Assembly: GCA_001800135.1 (NCBI GenBank)
Contig: MGUU01000011.1
Span: forward strand, 8,842-72,841
Direction of reading: 5' to 3'
DNA: 64,000 nt
Source: Elusimicrobia bacterium RIFCSPLOWO2_02_FULL_39_32
GTDB taxonomy: Bacteria > Elusimicrobiota > Elusimicrobia > 2-02-FULL-39-32
Positions within the stretch are counted from its first letter, which is position 1. Each line of letters opens with the position of its first letter. The translations under genes were made by a program, and so were the position numbers. Positions 39,247-48,465 of this stretch are shown here, piece after piece. The notes under the pieces were generated by a model. That model worked only from the letters and a program-made list of their open reading frames with translations. It was not told where the DNA came from and made no database searches.

Positions 39247-40752
39247 ATGACCTCTACCCCTTTCAATAGATATATATTGAACAAGAGTAAAATAAAATTC
39301 AATCTATGTTTTTTTATCACAGCCATTCATATGGTATTATTTTTCTTTTTACCTACAAGACTTATAGCAGGTCCAGGGAAAACCGATCTTTTCCTTGAAA
39401 AAGAATATGGCCCCTACGATGAAGTTGATTATCTTACCGGTTTATTTAGATTTGCTTTTACTTATAAAAAGAATGGAAAAGAATATCTAAATGTGGACGG
39501 TAAAAATTATGGCCCTTATGGCTATCTCCATTTTGGAGATAAACTTAAAATGAAAGATTGTTGGGGTTTTCTTTATATGCAAGAAAATAAAAAAGAGTTT
39601 TCCATTATTGTCAATGATAAAGAATTTGGACCTTTTTTACCGCCAGAAGGTCTTGCTCCAGATTTAAGTTTTCAGATTGCACAAAAACATTGGGGTGTTC
39701 TATTTGTCAAAAATCAGGAAAGCTATATCCTGATAGATGGAAAAAATGAATATGGACCTTACAAAAAAGTAGAGTACTATTCTATTGATCAAGAAGGATG
39801 GCGCTTCTTACATATAAAGGACAATACCTTTTTTGTGCATGTGAATGGCAAAGAATTTGGTCCTTTCCCTGCTCCGGGTGTAAAAGAATATCTTTTTCTC
39901 CCAACTTTTGAAGTCATTGGAAAAAATTGGAGTGTCAGTTACTTAAATGAAGATTATTCCTGGAATCTTGTTATTAATGGCAAACTCTTTGGCCCTTTTA
40001 GAGAAGAATCTTACCAACCAGGCAGCTTAACTTTAAGTAATAATGGTTATGGGTTTATCTTTAAAAAAAATAATGAATGGTACTACCAGATCAATGGAAA
40101 AGAAAAAAAAGCAAGTGAAAATGAAGATCCTGAGTATAAAATTTTGAAAGAAAATTATTCAAAAAATTATACCAGAGAAATGAATCAAGAACCTTCCTAC
40201 CGCACTTCGATTGAACCTTATCTTATAAAAAGAAAGGAAAACACTTACATTGCTCTAAAGGGCATAACTTATGGACCATTCGCAACTGTAGAAGAAGAAG
40301 CATTCCTTACTCCCACCTATTGGGCTTTTTCCTATACCAAAGAATTAAACAGTGACCATCATTATGTAATGATCAATGGCAAAGAATATGGACCTTTTTC
40401 TGAAGAAGATTTTAGATTTATGCGTCTGCAAGTAGCCCCCACTCATTGGGGATTCGAGATGGAGAAGGATAACCAACTCTTCCTTGTTTTTGATGGACAA
40501 GAGTATGGTCCTTATGATACGGTCAATTATACGGGAGAACTTATGTTAAAAATTACAGATACAAATTTCGGTTTTGCATACAATAAAAAAAATGGCTCTT
40601 ATGTTCAAATTAATGGCAGAGAGTATGGGCCTGGCATAAAGGATTTTGTCATTTCAGAACCCTATTGGCTGATCCACTTGCAAGAAAAAGGAAAACAGTT
40701 TGTACGAGTTAGCCGTGGAACCCTCGATTCCACAAAACATCCTATTCCCTGA
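39247..40752 (+). CDS. exported beta-rich repeat protein (NGKEYGP repeats)
   Basis: N-terminal hydrophobic segment; about 10 copies of [ND]GK[EN][YF]GP[YF]-like motif at roughly 40-aa spacing. Confidence 0.75.
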   Translation: MTSTPFNRYILNKSKIKFNLCFFITAIHMVLFFFLPTRLIAGPGKTDLFLEKEYGPYDEVDYLTGLFRFAFTYKKNGKEYLNVDGKNYGPYGYLHFGDKLKMKDCWGFLYMQENKKEFSIIVNDKEFGPFLPPEGLAPDLSFQIAQKHWGVLFVKNQESYILIDGKNEYGPYKKVEYYSIDQEGWRFLHIKDNTFFVHVNGKEFGPFPAPGVKEYLFLPTFEVIGKNWSVSYLNEDYSWNLVINGKLFGPFREESYQPGSLTLSNNGYGFIFKKNNEWYYQINGKEKKASENEDPEYKILKENYSKNYTREMNQEPSYRTSIEPYLIKRKENTYIALKGITYGPFATVEEEAFLTPTYWAFSYTKELNSDHHYVMINGKEYGPFSEEDFRFMRLQVAPTHWGFEMEKDNQLFLVFDGQEYGPYDTVNYTGELMLKITDTNFGFAYNKKNGSYVQINGREYGPGIKDFVISEPYWLIHLQEKGKQFVRVSRGTLDSTKHPIP

Positions 40753-40891
40753 AACTAAAGCTAAATATTTTTTTCACTAGAGAAAAAATATAAATTGCCT
40801 AATAAATTTGGCAACTATAATTTAATATCTAATATCAAAAAATTGTAAAAAATTTCCGCCACTAATACAAAATTTTCAGTAAAAAAAAAGA

Positions 40892-42100
40892 TTAATAGGT
40901 AAGGTGATAGCCAATTGCGACGCTTTGGCCAGAATAGTTATAAGGCAGGTACTTCTCGAACTTATTGTTTGAAGTTGCTATAACGGAAGAATAAGTAATA
41001 GACATAGCAGATATCTCATTCAATTTTCTGCGTAAACCAGCAGTTAAAGTAACCATATTATTTTTTTGCAGTTCGCCGCTAATAAAATTATTTGCTCCAT
41101 CCCTAGGCTGACGATTTGTGTACTCTCTCCTCTTATAGTCAAAAACTCCGCTTAGCGCGGTTTTCTTTGTAAAATTCATATAGAGTGGAACAGCAAAGCC
41201 AAGTTCATTATGATTATAGTAACTGGAAGCAAAGGTTGGGGCTATATCTGTAGCAGATTTAAAAAGAAGAAAATTTTGGTTTGAACGATGCTGCGTATAT
41301 GTGATATTAGGCGAGGTTTCAAAAATCCAAAGTTTCCCTTGAAACCCTCCGTTTACAATCACCCGAGTATCTTTCTGAGCAGTGGTTCCATATTTTCCAT
41401 TTGATTCAACAACCTTCTCTTTATCAAAATCATTGATAAGATAACGAATTTTTCCAAAAGCCTTATTCCATGTAAAAGAAAATGTCCCTTCCATTGCTTT
41501 TGTGTCCTTAAGACAGCAGGCAAGCTCAGAATTCGAACTCAGTCCCTGAAACTCACGGATAATATCGCTGTAGTTAGGGAGCTTAACAACCCTGTATGCT
41601 CCCAAAAACGTAAAAACCGCATTCCTGTTAAAAAAATCAAATGAATAGTCAGCGGCTAGTTGTCCGCCAGTTGTTTTGCTATCGTAAAGACCTTCTCCCC
41701 AGACCTCGTTGGCTGCGGTTCTAGAATAGGTAAACCCATAGTTAGCTCCGGGCCTAACCCTAAACCAATCAAAAATTTGCCAGCGGTATTCCCCATTAAA
41801 ATTATGAGAAAGTTCCTTAGAGCCAAATTCTTTGGTATCAGGAAAACGAAACCCCTCTCCATTAAAACCAAGATCATAAAGCGCAAAAATTGAATGACTC
41901 TCAGCAATTTTTGAAAGCAAACCCACGCTCATGTTGACATTAGCGCCTGAAAAAAAATCACCCTTTGTTGGGAGATACGCGCCTTGCATCATGTTCATAT
42001 TAAAATAAGGCGTAAATCTTTTACTTTCCGCTGGAACTGCCCAAAGGCTTCCACTCCCAATTAAACTAAAAAAAGCTAATAATATTGATAACGTTTTCAT
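40892..42100 (-). CDS. putative outer-membrane beta-barrel protein
   Basis: Signal peptide, alternating aromatic beta-strands, C-terminal VAIGYHLTY. Confidence 0.65.
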   Translation of the reverse strand: MKTLSILLAFFSLIGSGSLWAVPAESKRFTPYFNMNMMQGAYLPTKGDFFSGANVNMSVGLLSKIAESHSIFALYDLGFNGEGFRFPDTKEFGSKELSHNFNGEYRWQIFDWFRVRPGANYGFTYSRTAANEVWGEGLYDSKTTGGQLAADYSFDFFNRNAVFTFLGAYRVVKLPNYSDIIREFQGLSSNSELACCLKDTKAMEGTFSFTWNKAFGKIRYLINDFDKEKVVESNGKYGTTAQKDTRVIVNGGFQGKLWIFETSPNITYTQHRSNQNFLLFKSATDIAPTFASSYYNHNELGFAVPLYMNFTKKTALSGVFDYKRREYTNRQPRDGANNFISGELQKNNMVTLTAGLRRKLNEISAMSITYSSVIATSNNKFEKYLPYNYSGQSVAIGYHLTY

Positions 42101-42885
42101 TAGAAATTAAAATGAAAATTGACCTGCGGCTGCATAATGAATACTGATTCAGGATAGATATTCAAACCAAGTTCCAAATATTTGCGATACCAGCTCACCT
42201 TTGCAGAGATCAAATTATTTTTTACTCCGTAACCGCCTTCTAAAATCCACCGTTTATTTTCACCGTAAGTATGCTCAAGACCAGCAGAAAGAGTATGTTC
42301 TTTCAAACCCCCTTTAAAACTGCTAACTGAACTTCCTAAAATCTTCTCGGACTTATTCAAATCAATATCAATATCCAATAGAGAATACTTATAACCCCAA
42401 AAAAGACGAACCCGTGGTTCTAAAGAGCTGGTCATTATTAATGCGCCATAATAACCTTTTAAATCCGCTCTTTTAAGTTTGGTGTCTGCATCGGACGATT
42501 TCGAATTTTTATCCTCTATCAAAGGAGTTAAAAGGGATTGCCAATAACCTCCAACCATATCAAACTGCGGCAATCCCGGATAAAGCCGTCCTTCAGGATG
42601 TAAACGAAATTTTCCGGAAAGATTCCCGGCAGAAGTTAAATCCGGCAATGGCACAATTAAAATCCCGCCTAAAAAATGGTAGTTCAACCCTATCTTCTTA
42701 CCTGTAGGAAGAGGATTGGTGGACTCCATATTCCTTTGAAATTCATAGATAAAAAGAGGAGGATTAGCTAATAATTTACCAGCTTGTTGAATAGCAAAAC
42801 TTTGAAACTGATTTTCCGCAAAAGAAAAAGAAATTATGCTGAAAAAAATAAACGATGAAAAAAATGTAAATTTAAATGTTCGCAT
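42100..42885 (-). CDS. putative outer-membrane beta-barrel protein
   Basis: Signal peptide, amphipathic strands, C-terminal PQVNFHFNF; TAATG coupling on both sides. Confidence 0.6.
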   Translation of the reverse strand: MRTFKFTFFSSFIFFSIISFSFAENQFQSFAIQQAGKLLANPPLFIYEFQRNMESTNPLPTGKKIGLNYHFLGGILIVPLPDLTSAGNLSGKFRLHPEGRLYPGLPQFDMVGGYWQSLLTPLIEDKNSKSSDADTKLKRADLKGYYGALIMTSSLEPRVRLFWGYKYSLLDIDIDLNKSEKILGSSVSSFKGGLKEHTLSAGLEHTYGENKRWILEGGYGVKNNLISAKVSWYRKYLELGLNIYPESVFIMQPQVNFHFNF

Positions 42886-44585
42886 TATTGGGTTGTTTTA
42901 AGAACATCTCCGCTGGTAGCAAGAGTTTTAAGAATAGAAACAGCAATATCCGGAGTGACCACAACATCCACGTTCCTTTTTGCTGAGTTACCGCCTGAAA
43001 AATTGGTGGCATCCACACTCCCAGGCGTGTTCGCAGAATCCTGTTTAGCAAAAATAACTACCTGGGCTGCAGTATCCTTAAAGAAAATATCAAAACTATT
43101 GGACCCGCCTGTAAAATCTGAAATATTCCTTATTTTCCCGCCATTATCAATAACAAAATTTTCAGTTGCCAGCCAAAGTTTTTGTGTGCTATCCGCGTAT
43201 TGCTGCCAACGCCTTGCTTCTGATCGGTAAAGTTCTCCATTAGTTCCATCAGTTCTAATATAGTCAATCGTTGTATCTTGCACAAAACGCGTTAAACCGC
43301 TAACATTATTACTGTTGTCTAACTCTAATGAGAATAATTTTTCTCTTCCTGTTTTTCCTCCGCCTGTACCCAAAGTTCCAACAAATAAATCTGACTTAAT
43401 ATCATCATTTCCATTGACAACAGGATCTCTTTTACCTAAATAACCTATAGCAAACACGCTGTCAACATCTGTTTGGTTTGCTACAACTAATTGCGCTTTC
43501 TCTACCTTTAAAGTATCTTTATTTTCTTGAAAAAATCCTGGAATTTCATTAATTTGCTCAGGCAATTCTTTATTAAACTCCACTTTCCCAATCACAACAT
43601 CTACCCGGGCCACATTGCTTCCATTATAAGCATAGGTGCGCAATCCTCCGGAACTATATCCTGTCCTTTTCACAACATTTAACACCTGCATGGTCTTGCT
43701 ATTCGGGCGATCCAAACGCTGCTCCACTTGAACCAAATTTCCATGAATATCTTTAAGAGTTCTGCCAGAAGCAAAATCTGCTTCCCTTGTGGTCTCTACT
43801 TGACCTCTAACGTCTTGGTTTATGTCCCGCGCGCTGGCAGCATACTGACGAATATCCGCTCTTTTACTTTCATTCTCCTTTAACTGATCTTGGCGTTTAT
43901 CCTCCGGAACCTCCGGATCCCAATTTTCCAGAGCATTGATCTCTTGTTCCCGAGTAAGCACGGAAATTATGCCATCTGAAAAGCTATGCCCTTGCGTTAA
44001 AGTTACATTAAGCCCGGTAGCGACCTCTTTAATCTCGCCTGTCTTCTCATCTACTTCTTTAACAGTGGTCAATTTGACGTCATCTTTATTTTCCATAACC
44101 GACGCTGCGCTTTGCAAAAGATTTCCCACATCCCCAATCTTAATTTCGCCGAATGCAACTTGATATGCGGTCGGTTTACTTCCATCCCATTCGGATGTAA
44201 AAACTGTCCCGCGCACCGCAGCAACTGAACGGCCGGTCCTTAAATAAAATTTTTCTTTCCTTTTTAAATGCGGCACGCGCACCTTAAGAGAACCAACATT
44301 TAAAGCGATCTGGTTTTTTTGAGTTACTTGTTTTTCAATTTCCATGCTGGTATTTTCTTTAAGCCATATAATAGATTTATTAGGGAATAAAAGAGAGGCT
44401 CTGCTTTTTTCAGCTGTACGGATGGAAGCTCCTTGAGGAACTTCAGCGCCAAGAGTTGCAGATTGCCACTCCGCAGTTGAGTTTAAACGTACTTCCACAT
44501 TGCCGCTAATGCCTGAGATTTTAATGCCTTCGCTAAAGGCTAAGGTGGGTAGAAAAAAAGCGATAATAAAAATAAACTTTTTCAC
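42885..44585 (-). CDS. exported FecR-domain protein with long unknown C-terminal region
   Basis: Signal peptide from GTG 44585; G.VEV...W..A..G..V..G.SIRT...SRA.L, ENT, AAVRGT.F FecR motif. Confidence 0.8.
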   Translation of the reverse strand: MKKFIFIIAFFLPTLAFSEGIKISGISGNVEVRLNSTAEWQSATLGAEVPQGASIRTAEKSRASLLFPNKSIIWLKENTSMEIEKQVTQKNQIALNVGSLKVRVPHLKRKEKFYLRTGRSVAAVRGTVFTSEWDGSKPTAYQVAFGEIKIGDVGNLLQSAASVMENKDDVKLTTVKEVDEKTGEIKEVATGLNVTLTQGHSFSDGIISVLTREQEINALENWDPEVPEDKRQDQLKENESKRADIRQYAASARDINQDVRGQVETTREADFASGRTLKDIHGNLVQVEQRLDRPNSKTMQVLNVVKRTGYSSGGLRTYAYNGSNVARVDVVIGKVEFNKELPEQINEIPGFFQENKDTLKVEKAQLVVANQTDVDSVFAIGYLGKRDPVVNGNDDIKSDLFVGTLGTGGGKTGREKLFSLELDNSNNVSGLTRFVQDTTIDYIRTDGTNGELYRSEARRWQQYADSTQKLWLATENFVIDNGGKIRNISDFTGGSNSFDIFFKDTAAQVVIFAKQDSANTPGSVDATNFSGGNSAKRNVDVVVTPDIAVSILKTLATSGDVLKTTQ

Positions 44586-44594
44586 TATGGCACA

Positions 44595-44624
44595 ATTATG
44601 CAAAAATAAAATGAAACTTGTCAA
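44595..44624 (-). promoter_or_regulatory. sigma70 promoter of the FecR/barrel operon
   Basis: TTGACA-18-CATAAT, 9 nt before GTG 44585. Confidence 0.55.
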
Positions 44625-44745
44625 TAGGAAAAAATAAAAAAATTAAAATTATGTATTCTAAAAAAACCAATTTAATCTAATTAATGATAAAATGAGTAAA
44701 ATCTTTAACTAAATTTGTGCCATAAGCAAGAAGTAAAAACTAACA

Positions 44746-45216
44746 ATGAAATGGAATTTTAAAAGTTTCTCATGGAAACACATACTTCCAATATTTATAA
44801 GTTTATCCATTGGCATAGGCGCTGGGCTTAGCATCTATACTTTTATTTATGCAAAAGGATATTCTTACTTAAGCAATAATCCAGAAGCATGCGCGAATTG
44901 CCACATCATGAATGATCAATATAATGGATGGATTAAATCCAGCCATCACACAGCAGCAACCTGTAATGATTGTCATACGCCGCATAATCCGCTTGGAAAA
45001 TATAAGACTAAGGCTGCAAACGGATTCTGGCATTCATTTTATTTCACTACAGGAAATTTTAATGAACCTATTCGAATTAAAGCGCATAATAAGGAAATTG
45101 CTGAAAATAATTGCCGAAGATGCCATCAAGATATTGTGATCGCCATGGATGGTCCTCATAAAAAGACCGATCATCTCTCTTGTGTTCAGTGCCATGGCTC
45201 TGTAGGACATCCTTAA
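44746..45216 (+). CDS. nrfH: cytochrome c nitrite reductase small subunit (tetraheme quinol dehydrogenase)
   Basis: TM helix, CANCHIM, CNDCH, CRRCH, CVQCH..VGH; SYLS..P.AC. Confidence 0.93.
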   Translation: MKWNFKSFSWKHILPIFISLSIGIGAGLSIYTFIYAKGYSYLSNNPEACANCHIMNDQYNGWIKSSHHTAATCNDCHTPHNPLGKYKTKAANGFWHSFYFTTGNFNEPIRIKAHNKEIAENNCRRCHQDIVIAMDGPHKKTDHLSCVQCHGSVGHP

Positions 45217-45267
45217 AACTAAATACTAGTGTAGTGTAACATACATTATATAAGGAGACAGTGTCAG

Positions 45268-46683
45268 ATGAAAAATAACCGTTTTAGCATGCTAATTTTA
45301 GTAGGAATCATAGCCTCTATTTCAGCGCTCGGAATCACAGCTTTATTAATCAACATATTTGAACGCAAACAAGAGAGCAAAAATCCATTTTTCCGAGTTG
45401 TAGAACTTACAGATGAAACCGAAGACGCTTCTATCTGGGGGAAAAATTTTCCTTTACAATACGATGGGTATAAACGTACCGTAGATATGGTAAGAACCAA
45501 GTATGGAGGGAGCGAGGCTGTACCAAGAACCCCAACACAAGCAGACCCAAGATCCATTGTTGCTCAATCCAAACTAGAACAAGATCCGCGCTTAAAAATA
45601 ATCTGGGCAGGCTATGCTTTTTCCAAAGATTTCAGAGAAGAAAGAGGCCATGCTTATATGTTAGAAGACCAGACTTTTACTGAAAGACAAATTGCAGCCC
45701 CGCAGCCAGGAACTTGCATGCATTGCCACGCATCACTCTACGTTGCCTACAGAAAATTAGGAAATGGAGATTTGATTAAAGGATTTGAAAAAATGAATCA
45801 GATGCCTTACTTTGAAGCGCGAAAACATGTGCAACATCCAATTTCCTGCATTGACTGCCATGATCCAAAAACCATGCAGTTAAGGGTAACCCGTCCTGGA
45901 TTTTTAGAAGGAATGAAAACGCTAAAAGCTGCTCAAGGGATAAAAAACTATGATGTGAATACCATGGCCACTCGCCAAGAAATGCGTTCTTTTGTATGCG
46001 GTCAGTGCCATGTAGAATATTATTTTAAAGGAAAAGAAAAACGTCTGGTCTATCCTTGGGCTAACGGATTAAAAGTGGATGAAATCATGGCCTATTATGA
46101 CCAGAACCAGCATAAAGATTGGGTTCATAAAGAGACAGGAGCCGAGGTTCTTAAAGCTCAACATCCAGAATTTGAAATGTGGAACCAAGGAATTCACGCA
46201 AGAGCAGGTGTGGCCTGCGCTGATTGCCATATGCCTTATAAAAGAGAAGGGGCAATGAAAATAAGCGACCACCATGTTCGCAGTCCTTTACTCAACATTA
46301 ATCGCTCCTGCCAAACCTGCCATAAAGCCTCTGAGCAAGAGCTAAGAGAACGGGTAGAGATAATCCAACAACGCACCTTTGGTTTACGGAACCAAGCTAT
46401 GGATGCTTTAATTGAATTTATTCTTGACATAAAAAGCGCTAAAGCCAAAGATGCAAATAATCCGCAATTAGCCTTAGCCAGAGATTATCAACGTAAAGCG
46501 CAGTTCCGCCTTGATTTTGTAGAAGCGGAAAATTCCACCGGTTTTCATGCTCCCCAAGAAGCAGCTCGCATCCTAGCAGACTCGATCAATTTAGTGCGCA
46601 AAGGACAAAGAATTCTTTTAGAACGCAATAAACCCAAGAACCGCGATTCAGACGGACTGGATTCCCGCTTTCCTAGGGAATGA
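45268..46683 (+). CDS. nrfA: ammonia-forming cytochrome c nitrite reductase (CxxCH heme-1 type)
   Basis: WAGYAF..DF.E.RGH, five hemes CMHCH/CIDCH/CGQCHVEYY/CADCHMP/CQTCH, KAQHPEFE, AENSTGFH. Confidence 0.95.
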   Translation: MKNNRFSMLILVGIIASISALGITALLINIFERKQESKNPFFRVVELTDETEDASIWGKNFPLQYDGYKRTVDMVRTKYGGSEAVPRTPTQADPRSIVAQSKLEQDPRLKIIWAGYAFSKDFREERGHAYMLEDQTFTERQIAAPQPGTCMHCHASLYVAYRKLGNGDLIKGFEKMNQMPYFEARKHVQHPISCIDCHDPKTMQLRVTRPGFLEGMKTLKAAQGIKNYDVNTMATRQEMRSFVCGQCHVEYYFKGKEKRLVYPWANGLKVDEIMAYYDQNQHKDWVHKETGAEVLKAQHPEFEMWNQGIHARAGVACADCHMPYKREGAMKISDHHVRSPLLNINRSCQTCHKASEQELRERVEIIQQRTFGLRNQAMDALIEFILDIKSAKAKDANNPQLALARDYQRKAQFRLDFVEAENSTGFHAPQEAARILADSINLVRKGQRILLERNKPKNRDSDGLDSRFPRE

Positions 46684-46684
46684 C
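46657..46684 (+). repeat. REP/dRS3-like palindromic element fragment at the 3' end of nrfA
   Basis: CTGGATTCCC-GCTTTCCTA-GGGAATGAC hairpin; supplies the nrfA stop codon. Confidence 0.55.
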
Positions 46685-46797
46685 GACGAAGAAAAAACCA
46701 ATCGCTGAGTTTGGGATAAAGAAAGACGATTGGAATAAAAAGGTAAATGTTGTAGAATAAACGCTCTTAAAATTTTAAAAACAAGGACTTTTAATCA

Positions 46798-47139
46798 ATG
46801 AGATGGCTCTTAAGGTCAAAACTACATAAAGCGATTGTAACTGAATCGCGCTTAGACTATATCGGCAGCATTACCATAGATGAGGACTTAATTGAAAAAG
46901 CTGGTTTCTGGCCAGGAGAAAAAGTGCTAGTCTCCAGCAACACTACAGGCCAAAGATTAGAAACTTATATTATGGTAGGAAAACAAGGTTCTGGAACTAT
47001 CTGCATGAATGGAGCCGCTGCCCATCGAATTAAGGTAGGAGAAGAAATCATTGTCATGGGTTTTGAGCTTACAGATAAACCAATTCCAGCCAAGAACGTT
47101 CTCCTAGATAAAAATAATAAGTTCTTAAAATATCTTTAA
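46798..47139 (+). CDS. panD: aspartate 1-decarboxylase
   Basis: SKLH.A.VT...L.YIG|SITID cleavage site, RLETY, NGAAA. Confidence 0.95.
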   Translation: MRWLLRSKLHKAIVTESRLDYIGSITIDEDLIEKAGFWPGEKVLVSSNTTGQRLETYIMVGKQGSGTICMNGAAAHRIKVGEEIIVMGFELTDKPIPAKNVLLDKNNKFLKYL

Positions 47140-47196
47140 AAAATTATTTTAAGAACCTCGACTAGTAAAAACAACTAGAAACAAATTAAAATTCTT

Positions 47197-47583
47197 TTAA
47201 ACCTTTCCATATTCAGCTTCAATTGTGGTTGTAATCCCGCCCCGCGGAGTAAACTCTCCTTTAATATAGACCCATTTTGGTTTGCAGACTGAAATGAAAT
47301 CTTTCAAAATTCGGTTCACTGCGTTCTCATAAAAAATGCCAATATTCCTATAAGCATGAACATAATATTTAAAAGATTTTAACTCTACGCAAGATTGATT
47401 GGGAATATAGGTAAGAGTAATGACGCCAAAATCTGGCAAACCTGTTTTTGGACAGATAGAAGTATATTCTGGAACGCATATGGTAATCTTGTAATTTTTA
47501 AATTGTGTGGGGAAAGATTCCATCTTCGGCAAAGGAACATCTAACCCTTTTCTTGAAAATTTATTTTTTTCATCTTTTGTCAT
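47197..47583 (-). CDS. queF: preQ1 synthase (7-cyano-7-deazaguanine reductase, type I)
   Basis: PEYTSICPKTGLPDF, VELKSFK.Y, F.PRGG. Confidence 0.95.
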   Translation of the reverse strand: MTKDEKNKFSRKGLDVPLPKMESFPTQFKNYKITICVPEYTSICPKTGLPDFGVITLTYIPNQSCVELKSFKYYVHAYRNIGIFYENAVNRILKDFISVCKPKWVYIKGEFTPRGGITTTIEAEYGKV

Positions 47584-47654
47584 ATTTTAGCTCCTATCCA
47601 AATTCAACAATCTCTTGAGTATGAGTGCTCCTAAGCACGATTTTTTAGTTTCTC

Positions 47655-48389
47655 TTAATTTGTTTTCCTTGCCAACCAATGGATCAGCGCGGTAAAAAAC
47701 CGCACATATTGGTCGCCCACTTCAATTTTAATTTTACTGTTCACAGAAAGTTTCATTCTTTTGCTTCCCCAATCTACCATTCCCCCGCACCAGTGAGGCG
47801 CGATATCGCATGTAAAAGCTGCGCATCTATCTTGAGAATTAGAATCCACAACAAGCAACGGGACTTCTCCCTTAAGGACCAAGCCACTATTAGAAAAATG
47901 GATGGGTTTAGCGTTTAGCAAAACCATGCTGTTCTTTTTTAAACTGACCTCATTTAACCCGCAAAGGATTGGAGCGTTCTTAAAATTAACTGATTGAAAC
48001 ATTTTATGTTTTTGATTTTGCGCCATTAAAGCGCCGCTGGAAAAATTTCTTCTATCATCTTTTTTTAAGCAGCGCACAGGCAAAAGTTTCTCGATTAAAG
48101 AATTGCGCCAAGAACCGTTTAATCCTGTGAAGGAGCCCCAGCCTCCAATCATTAAAAAACCTGCGCCATTTTGCACCTGCTCAACAACTATTTTTTGTGA
48201 AGAGTCTGGCGCTGAGTCTCGTGAATAATCACTAAAAATAATTACATCAAACTGTTTTTTAAAATGTTGGCTGGACAAAATTTCTGCTGGAGCTAGATGC
48301 AAAACATCTGCTCTTAAAAAATTTAGAATTCCAAGCAGATAGTTAGCAGATCCACCTAAAGGACTATCTCCAGCGTATAAAACTTTCAT
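47655..48389 (-). CDS. class I glutamine amidotransferase-like protein (DUF1355-like)
   Basis: FDVIIFSD, GAGFLMIGGWGSF, LLPV, DIAPHW. Confidence 0.65.
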   Translation of the reverse strand: MKVLYAGDSPLGGSANYLLGILNFLRADVLHLAPAEILSSQHFKKQFDVIIFSDYSRDSAPDSSQKIVVEQVQNGAGFLMIGGWGSFTGLNGSWRNSLIEKLLPVRCLKKDDRRNFSSGALMAQNQKHKMFQSVNFKNAPILCGLNEVSLKKNSMVLLNAKPIHFSNSGLVLKGEVPLLVVDSNSQDRCAAFTCDIAPHWCGGMVDWGSKRMKLSVNSKIKIEVGDQYVRFFTALIHWLARKTN

Positions 48390-48465
48390 TTAAAGAACCT
48401 CCACAACGCTAAATTTTTATCCCTCTTTAAAACCAACTCCAAATAAAATGGTTTCATCTTTTATT

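Noticed and set aside
47584..47654. Possible preQ1 riboswitch upstream of queF
   Set aside because: No P1 stem with the conserved loop followed by the A-rich tail in the correct order; only a short GTGCT/AGCAC hairpin
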